DNA from: Octopus bimaculoides
Taxonomy: Eukaryota
DNA length: 64,000 nt
Reading direction: 5' to 3'
Assembly (NCBI RefSeq): GCF_001194135.2
Contig: NC_068990.1
Coordinates: forward strand, 31,183,864 to 31,247,863
The number at the start of each line of letters is the position of its first letter. Position 1 is the stretch's first letter. A program made the translations under genes and the position numbers. The notes below the pieces were generated by a model. The model searched no databases. It was not told the origin of the DNA and saw nothing but the letters and a program-made list of their open reading frames with translations. Below are positions 11,001 to 23,842 of this stretch, in pieces.

Positions 11001-14000
11001 ATGAGTTATGAGAGGTAAAAGTAACAACTGGTGTGTGCAAGAGAGATAACTACAATAGTATAGACATGCAATAGATGATAAGTACCAGTTTAAAAACTGT
11101 CATATATTGATAGCTGATAGGGCTCATAACATTCGAAGACATATAAGGAAGTGATGAGGTTTGATAAGAAGATATCATATCTCAAGGAGGAACTGGTAAA
11201 CCCTCCCAACCCATGTCAACCTGGAAATAGGTTTGTTATGATGATAATAACAATAATGGTATAATAAAAAATTACTGACACAAAAATAGAAGTAAAAATT
11301 TTTAGATTCTGAAATTAGTAGAGTAGTCAGTTTAAGAATTCCGAAAGATTCTAAATGGTACTAGAACTAATACTTGCATATTAGATGGATAGGGGAAATA
11401 AAATCAAATATAAATTGAATTTTATCTTTAAATAAGGTATTAACCTGTTAAAAGAAAATGCTTTCAGTCGACTATAATTACAAATTCATTAGTTATTAGT
11501 CAAGACACATATAAATAATTGCACAAACAACATGTATAAAATACAATCTTTTGAGAACATAAATTAGTTATTTGGTTAATTTTATTCTAAATGAAAAATC
11601 TGGAATGACAAAAATATATTACCGAACATCCATAAGCATATTAACATGACAACTGTAGTCCAAGGTAAAGCTTGAGTGGTTCCATAGCCCCATGCAACTG
11701 AGTTTATAAGGGCCCACACAATGAAAAATGGCACTAGAATTGAAATGAATAGAAAAAATATATATAACATTAAAAAATTAATCAGGAAAAAATATATTCC
11801 TAAGATACCAATTTTAATTATTCCTAAGATAGGACTTCAGCCATGAAAAATCTATTAATTAATAATTTTCTTAAGAACAAGTTTATAATTAGTAGAGATA
11901 GTAATTCATTGCTGATCTTTCAGCAATTCATAAAGAGAATGTGTTTTGATGATGACTGTATCAAGGAGTAGATTTGCATCCACAGTGGCCTCCCATCTCT
12001 ACTGAAGGTAAAATTAATAATGGTTATCAGTTAATAATTTTTCTTTTACTGTAAATATCTTAGCAGTTCAACCTATATAAATGTTTTAACTTTATCAAAA
12101 CATTTGTAATAGGCTAGTTTTCATATGATTACTGATTTATAGTAAGTTTTACAGAATTAAGTTCTGGCCCACTGAATTCATGTCTCATCAGGGCTAACTT
12201 TATATTTCCTTTCTCAGAAATCATAACAATAGGTACTAGGATGATACTGTGAAGACGAAATTTTATAAACCCAATTCCTTTATAAAAAGAAGAAAAAAAA
12301 ATCACCCAATAAAAAAGAAATGATTATATATCTATTCTTAGTACAGATCACTCTTTTGTATGAAAACCAAATAGTTTTTTTTTTTCTGATTACAGTTTGC
12401 TTGTTCAAACATTTTTACTTTTAACAAAATGAGAACATCTTTAAATATTTCTGAAGTAACAGTTTTGTACTCTTTGACTTAGATGATATGAGAAAGTGAA
12501 AAAAATATGATTGCACTGATATTCTGTTGGTGATATAAGTAGATCACATTAATTTTAGGTCAATTCTTTATGAACCATATTTAGGTAACTTTGACACAAA
12601 GAGAAATATGGTTTAATCATAAATTGGTATAATAAAGATAAATAAATTTTAAAAATTCTTTTCAGAGTAATGTACTTACATGCGAACAAAGCTGAAGTGA
12701 GATTGATATTCCATACCCAGTTGTCACCTCCCATTTTTCGGTAATAATTTGCAGCAATGTATCCAGATACACCTGAAGAGAAATCAAAATGTTATCTATT
12801 TTCATTGTAAATAAAATAGTGTTGACTGTACTTACATATTTAACCATTTAGCAGTCAGATTGTTCTGTCAAATGTAATGCTTACTGATTCACATTGTTTT
12901 GAATTAATCATGGTTTACCCCATAGCTTCAAAATTTTGATAATGTAATTGTTTATTTTTAGAATGACATTGTAGGATCGGTGTGAGAAGTCATATTTGGC
13001 TGATTTAAACATAAAACAGAATATTTGGGCCAGATATAGGTGATTTAACGAGTTAATAGTTTAATTTGAAGCAGATAGTGACTATATATATATATTTTTT
13101 TACTACATATACTGGTAACTGTCATCTAAAACTCAAAAGTTTAATCTGACCATCATTCATTTTATTTAAAATAAGTTTTTCAAAACTTGCTTCATTAGAA
13201 AATCCAAATGCAGCAGTCACAATAGTAAACTTAACAATGTAAATGTAACAGAATACTTGAAACAAAACTTTTTAAATTTCAATTATTGTTTGAAACCTGT
13301 AATTTTAAAATACATGAAAAGTTTGTGTTTCATCCTAATCTGTCTTTTACTTATTCTTTTTCAATAAATTACATTGCATAAATCTTTTGAGAACTTGGTG
13401 ACAATTACCCAACATTGAAGTTGACAACAAAAAAGACTAAACATTAAAACGGAATGTGACAAGTAGGATTGCTTACTGAACTAAATTTTTGAATGCTATT
13501 TTAAAATTTGTAATTTTAATTTTTTACTTTTAAATAATAGATGCAGAAGAAATGTAAGTGTGCTTACCTGAAGTAAGTGCATATAGAACAATTGCAGCAG
13601 AATTAATGGAACCATGGCGATGTACATTGAACATACCAAATAATGCCATCAACAAAATTCCTGTAGCTAAAGCAAGAAACTGACTTCCAACACCTAAGTT
13701 TAGAATAGAAAAAAAAATATTTTGTTTTATATACATATGCTAATGAGGGAAAAAGCAGTAAAAATAATATATTTCTTTCAGTAGTCTTATTTTTATTATG
13801 TTTTCTCTGTGTAACCAGGTGCAATTCTGCATATGGTATTTTGTTTCAGTTTTATTGCATTGAGAATATCCTTTGCAATATGTGTGTGCAATTGTAGCCA
13901 TAGTTTATATATTTTGGGAGTTTGGTTGCATATTTGCCTGCATCATTTTGTTATTATTCACCAAGTACTTTCTATTGTGAAGATTGTTTTTGTTTTCAAT

Positions 14001-17000
14001 CCTCACATTTTGAATATATCCTGATACACATTTTTATATTTGGATAAAAATATAACTGTCATCTGTTTGAATAGAGACATCAATTAGGAGACATTGCTTT
14101 TACCAAAAATCTTTAACAATAATATGGGGATGAATTGCTTCCATCTCCCTGTCTGTATGAACTGACATATCTCAGAGTATGGTCACTTTATTATTCTCAG
14201 AGATTATTTGTGATGTGTGATTCTGGAGTAACTTCTAGTATATGAAAGTTCCAACTCTGTCATACCTGTATAATATGTGTTTGTACATGTAGATATGTGC
14301 CCTTATGCATACATGCATGCATGCATAAATATATACACTTTAATATTAGAAAGTCTCACTTTGGGTGTAATATGAATGCAAACACATTCTTTCTATTGAT
14401 GAGTGGAAAAAAAAAAAGAGGGAGGGAGCCTCCCAATAGACCTTGTGCTTTACTGACTGCTCCCCAGAGAAGATATACCCAATCTCCTTCCCCAATCAAC
14501 AGCAATGTGTCATCTACTGTATAAAGCAGTCATAAATTAGGATAGCACATTAGTGTATAGCTGAATTGGCAGAGTTTGTCATTAATGAAACAATATCAAT
14601 TTTATGTACAACTAGCATAAATCATGAGAAGTGAAATAGATTTATATACAAGAAAGCAAATATACTCTTTCTAATGCAATGACCTGTGCTGCTCATTGGG
14701 AAAGAAGGCCAACTGCATTTTTCTGGGGAGAAGTCAATGAACAGTTAGATGGTTTCCTGAGAGACTCGCTCCATTTTATTCACATCAACAGCAGAGAAAG
14801 AATGAGTTTACATTCTTATTACATCCACAGTGAGGCTTTATAATATCAAAATTGGTAGTTCTTCTGAATTATGCTGTGTTGTACATATGAGCCAATAATT
14901 TAAAATTGCCCTGATTTTACATTATCTTTACACTACAAATATCTTCTAAAATCAGTTTAAGATCCGAACCACTTTTTAATAGGTTTACGATACAAAAATA
15001 TATTATACATTATGAGATGCACCTGGTATTGAATTCAGAAGCAACTAAAGTAAATAGAATGAAGATCTACTTACCCAAAATGGCACAGAAGAGACTCTTA
15101 CACACTGGGAATCTGAAGACATCAGTATGGATGATCTTCCAGCCATTCTCATCTTGGTCCAAATCTTCACTGTCATCTTCATCTATGTTATACCGAGCAA
15201 AATCACTCTTCAGGACACGAGTCTAAAGATGCAAAAACATTTAAACATATGTATTTAGCTCAATTTTACTTTTCTTCTCTTATCAATATTATCGAATAAA
15301 TATTCATATAACACAAATATTACTTCATAAAATTTGCTTTAAGTGCTAATTAAATTCCATTTTATGAGAAATTACTTATGTACTCTCAGTGATTCTAAAT
15401 TCAATTCAATTATGTATTATTAAAGTTCCAAATGCTATGGCAGCCATAATTTTGACACAAAGGTTGATAGTGTGTCTACTATTGCATGAAAGTATGAAAT
15501 TCTGATCAAATTCCTTTCAGCTGCAGTCTCCAACATACTTGAACTCAAGTGAAATGAAGGCCTCTATGGTGATACATAACATAACCTAAGATTGCATCAC
15601 TTAAATTGACAGACAATCAGTAGTTGATCATTTTGCTGATTTATTGGCATCAGCTTTTTGGATGACAAATCAGTTTTGATGATTGACCTTTCTTGTTTTT
15701 TATTATTATGGATAGTGACATATACTGGAGCAAGAAAACATTGGATGGGAGAGAAACTTGGAAAATATATTGAATTCAACATGCAAAAATAGATAAGAAG
15801 TATACTATTTCTTAGGACACACAATCTAAGCTCGTCATTGTAATATAACCCTATTCCAACTGCTTGAACACAGTAATCAATGTAAATGGAAATTACTTGG
15901 GACTGTCAAGAAAAGATACCCTCTACTCTCCTGAGAGGGTGCATGTTTAATTGATCTTTTAGAAAGAATAAATTCAGAAATTATAAAGATTCTTGTTACA
16001 CTTTTTAAGTTATTTAAAAATTTTATTAAAAAATTAATGATGGTTCCTAAACAAAACCCAACAGTATTCTTACTAACCAGAAATAGAGTAGGAAAATGGT
16101 ATAGTGTATTGACTAATTCAGCTTAAGTCAATACAATTTACCAACCAAATTTGTTATGAGTTTTGAACTAGTAACTAATATGTTTATAGCCATGCTAGGT
16201 GTTGCTTCTATGTATGTTAGGTCAATTAGAGATTTTTAATTTTGGCTTTAAAGCATATAGCTACTCAGACTACACATGTTGGTGTTACAATTACACAATG
16301 ATTAAACAAGATGGAAACCCATGAGTATGTATAAAATGTGGGATGTGGTGTATACAGAATGTTGCATTGTTAGCTAACATGGTTCAGTGGCAAGAAAAAG
16401 TAGAAACTGTGGTGAAATCAACCTCTTTTCTATAATCATATACTCTCAAATAGTAGCTCCATAATTGTAATTATAATACATATTTTCATATTAAAATATA
16501 TAATTACATCATAAATAACTGGAAATTGGTAATCTGCTACTTTGCTTGTCATTCAGATACATAGTTACATTATAAATAACTGGAAATTGGTAATCTGCTA
16601 CTTTGTTTAACATTGAGATACAGGCAAACAGTTCTCCTTTCATATAATCTTTAAGAATATGATGGATGAAATGTTGGATGAATGAGAACAACAGTTATTG
16701 GTTTCAATTCATCATCTATTTTACTATTAAAAGCCTGTATGGAACAGTTCGGTTCCAAGGAAAGAAAACAACAAAATAATGTTAGAGAGAAGAATGTGCA
16801 TAAGAGAGGCACAAGAGCATGCATATGAAAGTTGTGAATGCGCTATTGTTAGTGAAGACAGTTCTTTTTACAACACAGCATTTTAATAGTCATAACAGTA
16901 GAGACTGTCAAATGAAAGAATTTGCTAACCATTAGGCTTTGCTGCTCATGTTGCTAAACTCCTAACAAACAAAATCCCTGCTTGTCAAGTTCTGTTTTTT

Positions 17001-18045
17001 CTTTATTGATCTGGTCACTTATATATGCACCAGAACAAATCTAATTGGACAGAGTTGTGATGACATTGTCACTCAAAAATCCATGACATGTTTACATATA
17101 ATTTCATTGGCCAGATTTTTGCTGACATCATTATTCAAATTGCTAAAACTCCAATTGTTAAACAAAGATTTTCTGATTGAAAAGAAAAAAAAAAATCAAT
17201 GTATTAACTTGCCACATTATACTTCAGCCAGAGAACTGGTTATGCAACAATGAGCAAAACCAAGATGTTAGGGCAGCAGGTTACGCTACTGATGTTGACA
17301 TAGTCTGAGAGAAATAGCAGATAAACAATGAATATGAAAACACTAATATGGTTTTTAAAACAGCACCCGAAAAATGTATGCTGAAAAGGCCATGAAAAAG
17401 GCTTCTTAGATTTTATGGAAGAGAATCTGAATTTCAGTATATATGAATGCAGGTACATCTTCAAGCAAATCTGAATATGGTGCAGCTACCAATTTTCCTT
17501 GCAAGGAACTGAGGAAAAAAATATTCACTGCCTGTGGTACAATAGGAAGATTTCTGTTAGTAAGTGTATACAATTTAGTAGATGCTTTGAAAAAATGCAG
17601 AAGCACAGTGTGCCTGTGCCTGGCACAGTAGCTGTGAGTGATTACTGAGTAGTACAACAACTGAGTAACACAACAAATGGTGAAAGCCATACTGGATGCA
17701 CTGAGTCAAGTAAACTTTCTCACTGCACACCATGACCTAAATAAGGTCAGAATCAAGAGGATAAATGACTGAAAGCAAGAATGTAGAAACATATAGTCTG
17801 TGGCCCTAGTTGAAAATAACAAAAGCGTAAGGCAAGTTAACAGGTCTCATCAAGTTAAGCTGAGTAGCATGTTCAATTGCAGACAAAAAGTGAAATAGTG
17901 CAATGTGAACTCTCACTGGTTTACAGGTGAGATCATATTTCCTCATGGCCAGACATATTTTCTCAGAAGATTAGAAATGAAGGACACTGCTTGTATGATG
18001 GTGACACTCATTTACAACTACCACATGATGTCAAGGCAAGAGGAT

Positions 18046-18078
<33 letters not shown>

Positions 18079-21000
18079 CTTAATATAAAATAGTGGACAT
18101 TTAAACAAAGAGAAATTACCTATAACAGGCAATTTCTACACATTAGGAGACAGTCTTGGATGGCTCGGTTACTGATGAGAATTTGCCTCATAAATTATTT
18201 TATTTACTAAAAAAATTTGAAACCTATAGGTATAACCGTAAAAACAAGGTAAAAGTTTTCATTTTTTCATTCCCTTTGAAATTGCTTAAATTTTGTGGTT
18301 TTCAGTCATTTTGACTGTCTCCTAAGTGTGTAGAAATTGCCTGTTATAGATATTTTCTCTTTGTTTAAATGTACACTATTTTATATTGAATAACATGTTG
18401 TCTATTGACGTTTTATACATGCTAGGCCACTGGTAGTGAAATTTGTAAAAATTTGCTACCTTACATATATATATCTAAATATATATACACTTATATATGA
18501 CAGGCTTCATGTGTATTATATATCAGCTTTGGCAATCCTAGGGCCATAATAGAAGGCACCTACCCAAGGTACCACAGAGTGGGACTGAACCAAGAACTAT
18601 ATGGTTAGGAAGCAAACTTCTTAACTACACAGTCACACTTGAGTCTATATGTATGTGGTATGATTATTGACATTCAATATTTGGCACTGCTTGAGCAAAA
18701 CTGATGTTGCTTTTCTTTTGACATTATGACTGGCTGTTCTATCCTTTTGAAGACCTTAAAAATGAAAAAAAAAAAAGAACCACCTTGCTTGATAAAGGTG
18801 GTAAGGGTTGGCAACACGAAGAGCATCTGACTGTAAAATTCTGTCTCAAATAACTCCTCATCTTATAATAGGCATCAATTTTGCTGGCTCACCCTTTCTA
18901 GTTGTAAACATGTTGAGTGATGGGTGGTATCACACACACATCACTTATTCTTTTGATACCAGCCCAACTAAAATCATTTGTACTAAAGTGCTCACATTAA
19001 GACTAAAATCTTAATCAAAATCTCATCATAATATAAACATATAAAGTTATAGATATTCTACTAAATCATTAAAAAATCTTAATTATATGAAAATCTAATT
19101 GAAACACGTTTATATATTTATAAAAGAGTTAAAAGCATGCAAGATATAATCTTTGACAGAAAGATACAGTTAAAATATATAAAAACAAATTCCATAAACA
19201 TCCCAACACTTTGCCACTCTCACGTGAATTCTTGCTAGTAAAATTTCATTTCAATAAATATTTTTGCTCAAAATCGAGCAGCTTAATGTCATTAGAAGAA
19301 AGTATTTGGAATTGTTTTATGCTAAGGGCTCCCCCATCCATTAGAATACTGAAAAAAATATCATAATTTATACAAATACACCATTAAAATGAATAGTATA
19401 TATATAAAATCAATTGCACTAATGTTTTTTTTAGAAATACTTGAAAGAATTAAGGTACAAAATTTTGAAGTATATCAAACATATATAATATGTACATTTA
19501 TTTTATGTTAGAATATGGAAGTTTAATTTGTTCAAAATGTCGAAAGAGTACATCAGAGATTAGAAAAGGTGATCAAGTTTTACAACAAACATTCAAGTTC
19601 TTTTTCTTATGCTAAATAAATAAAAAAAATATTTTTAAATGTAGTTAACATTATTTCTTTATTCATTTTATGTTCAATAGAAAATTATCTTGTCAACTTT
19701 CTTTTAGGATGGCAAATTGGATTTTTTAATATATTTTATAGAATGCACATATTAAAAAAAAAATATTCTGCACATGAAGATAATTGAACAAAAACTTAAA
19801 TGTCAACCCATATAAATATCCTACAATTAGCAGTAGTAATGAAGAATGTTATTGAAAATGCCAACATTTGCACACTTTCAACAATAAGGAAAATGATACA
19901 CTATAGTTTATAACATGAATCACAAATTGTCCTTAGGATGAACCAGCCCCAATACTGAACACAAAATATTATCTCCTTTATAAAACTTATAAAGAACTAT
20001 CTGAAAAACATAATTTCCAGTAAGGCAATATTTATTTAAGGACACTATGTGTATCATGCATATATGCATCTGTGATATGTCATGAGTACCAATTTGTAAA
20101 TGGAACAAAGAAATGGTTTGAGTGCATCATTTATCAGTATTTCTCAATCTTATTTGTTGCCATTATCAATGACATTCTTTTAATTAGAATGTAAAGGTTA
20201 TGAGAAACCCAGTAATATCTGAAGACCTTAAAATGGTGTAAATACTGTAAGACCTTTTGGAGAAAGATGCTATGAAAATTCCAAACTAAAAATTCATTTT
20301 TCTTGGAATTGCAAAAGATTTTAACGAAAAAAAAAAAAAAATACAATATACAAAGTTTCTAATTGAAACAAAGTTAAGCACTGGTAAATAAATGTGATTA
20401 TTTAAATGATATGAAAGAGATCGTTAACTTACCAAAATAATAACAACAAAACTTATCAATAGAAAAACTAAGACCATTGAATTGATGATGGAGAGCCAAT
20501 GTATCTGGAAGATATTAATGAATAAAAGGAAGTTTTAAAAAGATGAAATTGAAAAGTATTTCAAAAGGAGACAAAATGTGTTTAAAATATATAAAATAAT
20601 TTTCTCTGTATCAAATTGTAATTTGTAATCATCAGAAGAAAGTATATACATAGATATGATGATGATGATGATGAAATATTTTAAACATTTTCTAGAATAG
20701 TTATAATCAATTGAAGTTCTTGTTTTTACTGTTGCTAATCCATCACTAAATCCCCCAAAATTCAAGGAGACTAAAGGCTGTTTGCATTATTGAAAGTCAA
20801 TTTGGTAGAAATAACAAAAGTGGGTTTTTTTCATCTAATTATTTTTTTTTTCACCTTGTTTTTCATCCCCACACTTCTTTTTCTTCCACTCATTTGTTTC
20901 TCACGTGTTTTCCTATTAACTATTTGTAGATCAATTTCTTCTCTCATTCTCGTATAAAGATCTCTCCAAAATGCTTTATATTTAGCTGTTATAGTTATTC

Positions 21001-23539
21001 TCAATGGAAGGTTCCTCTCCCTTTCCCATCCAAGTGTGGATTTCATTGTCGTCAATTATGAGTAGTGTCTAAGCAAATCTGGAGTCTAAGATTATGAGAA
21101 TTTCAACCTATTCATTAATACGTACAATTTCTGATTAGTTTTTCTTAAGCTTATTTTACCACTTGCAAAAATCAATATTTTATCCAAAGATGAAAAAAAA
21201 AGTATCCATGTAATTATATTACCATGAACTATATTTAATTAGGGGTTCTGCTAATATAACTTATCTATATTATAAACTATCCACATTATTTTGTTACAGT
21301 ACGTCTTAACAAATCTAAATATGCTATACTACATCCATATTTTCATAATAGTGAAACATCTATATGGTTAGACTTGAACTCTTAGTTACATAGAAAAGTA
21401 TATATCTTGCATAAACATTATAAAGTTATAGTAACATATTTACTTCCATTATCTACAATAAATTATATTTATGATACTCAGCTGTTTTCACTTGATATTC
21501 ACTAACATCTGTCAATGTTGTGTTGCACATCCAATGAATCATACTTGATTTGTTATATTCAAAAAACTTCACTTGATGACTTTGCTGCTTCTCATAAAGC
21601 ATCACACATATATTTGAGATACATATCTTATAGTCCAGCCTTTGTGCAGAGATAAAATTTCTTTGATGCTAACAAAGGCATCTATAAAGAACTGATTCTA
21701 CTTCCAGCACTAATTAGGTCTCTCATGTATCAAAATTTATCACATAATCTCACAGAACCATAAATATGAGTTTTGTTTTTAGTCTTTAAGTATTACATTA
21801 ACCTATATACAAAGTAAAAAGTCCTGTTGTCATTGTCTCTCTCTGCTGACTACATTACTTGGGTTTTGGTGTACCCTGGTCAATTGGAGACCCTTGACTC
21901 TATATAAATTCTTATTGTATTATATAATTTGCACCCTTTCCAGCATGTGTATATACTGATTCATCAGCACAAAAGATGCACTCTTGCATAGCATGCACCC
22001 CTATTTTACAAGTATATTTAGTGGAAACAAAAATTTAGTATGTTTCATCATATGCTTATTGAAAGATATTTTGAATTGTAGGAGATGTATAGATGTATGA
22101 TTCTCCCTGCAAATACAATACAGTCATAGCATACTAGAATAAAGTATGAAAATATAAATAAAACATACATAAACTATATTATACAATTACTATATTTCAA
22201 CTTTATCTTCTTTCAAACCAGTTGTATATTTATTCATATTTTGATCAAGAGAATTGCTATACAGGATGTGAAACTTGTATTTTTGGCTATGAAATTTTGT
22301 GTTACCCTGATTGTCCACCAGGATGGCACACCACTGCTATGATTTTGTTGTCATCCACTCATTGCAAATAGCTGACAGATGAATGAAAGTTTAACACTCC
22401 TTTCATTTTACAAGGAGAATTTTCATTTAGACATTTAAAAAATGTTTCTTAAAGGTAACACTCAGTCATTAAATAATGTAAGATACATATCAGGTGTGGG
22501 TAATGTATGCTGGGGAAGTATAAGGAGTTCATGTGACCTCTTCACATAACTGCCAATGTACCATAAGTGAATTTTCATAAGTTTGTACTGTGACATTTTG
22601 GATTGTTTCCAATATAGTCATTGGAAACACGTATCTCAGGGTACAGTGAATATATTGTCGTCTAAATTATGCAAAAATGAAAATAACAGTGACATCTCAT
22701 TTTAACAGATATATTCACCAAAATTACATAAAAATATTTTGAAATATTAAAGAGTAAATTTATTCAATAAAATCACCATTGGCTTCAACCACAGCCTCCA
22801 GACCACTTTAGAGTCTCCTGCAACTCTTCTGGATGGTCTCCTTGTTTAAGTTGGTGAACGCTGCCATAATCCTTGTCTTCAGTTCATCTTTGGTGTTACA
22901 AGCAGTTTTGTTGGTCTCTTGCTCAACTGTGCTCCACACATAATAATCAAGGGAGTTGCAGTCTGGGGAGTTAGGTGGCCAGTTAAGGGTGATGTGGGTG
23001 CAGAAATTATCTGACAACTATGAATGGGTTCTCTTGGTTGTGTGGCATAGTGCAGAGTCCTGTTGCCAGACATAGGGTCTTCCAACAGCCACTCTCTTTA
23101 CCCAGGGCAGCACTACCTCCTCGAGGCACTTGATGTAGGCCTCCGTGTTGAGTGTGAGGCCACGTGGGAAGATGAATGGAGACTTAATGTCACCATCACT
23201 AGTGATCACATCATTCTCAGTACATGCACTGTCCTCAAATGTCCTCTGAAATGTTCATATTGGAGATTCCGGTGTGAATACCAAGCAGTACAGCAGTACA
23301 GTGTGAATACAAGCAGTACAATTCACTCTGGCAGAGTGAATTGTATCATGGTGCTGCTTACCAGAGAAAACTCACAATATAATCAGACATCATGAATTGC
23401 ATTTCGAAAAGTGATGGTGTATCTCTTCAATGTTGTAAAACAGAATTGTCTGAATAAAACATTAGAGTTAACGACTCAAATTTGGTGTGTAAGAAAATCG
23501 GACATTTCATTCTTAATGACCTGATATAAATCTATATTG

Positions 23540-23580
<41 letters not shown>

Positions 23581-23745
23581 GGAGTGACTGTGTGGTAAGA
23601 AGCTTGCTTCCCAACCACATGGTTCCGGGTTCAGTCCCACTGCGTGGCACTTTGGGCAAGTGTCTTCTACTATAGTCTCAGGTCAACCAAAGCCATGTGA
23701 GTGGATTTCGTAGATGAAAACTGAAAGAAACTCATTGTATGTATA

Positions 23746-23842
<97 letters not shown>

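Noticed and set aside
12150-12200. Hammerhead-ribozyme-like CTGATGA on the minus strand
   Set aside because: GAAA is replaced by AGAA, stem II is broken, and stems I and III cannot be formed.
17055-17132. TGATGA...CTGA C/D pair on the + strand
   Set aside because: Antisense to the host gene and no convincing terminal stem.
17240-18040. GC-raised patch with several short ORFs
   Set aside because: No recognisable motif or consistent frame; probably a decayed transposon I cannot classify.
20831-21055. 74-aa charged minus-strand ORF
   Set aside because: TTG start, no usable splice sites, purine-rich low complexity, no recognised homology.
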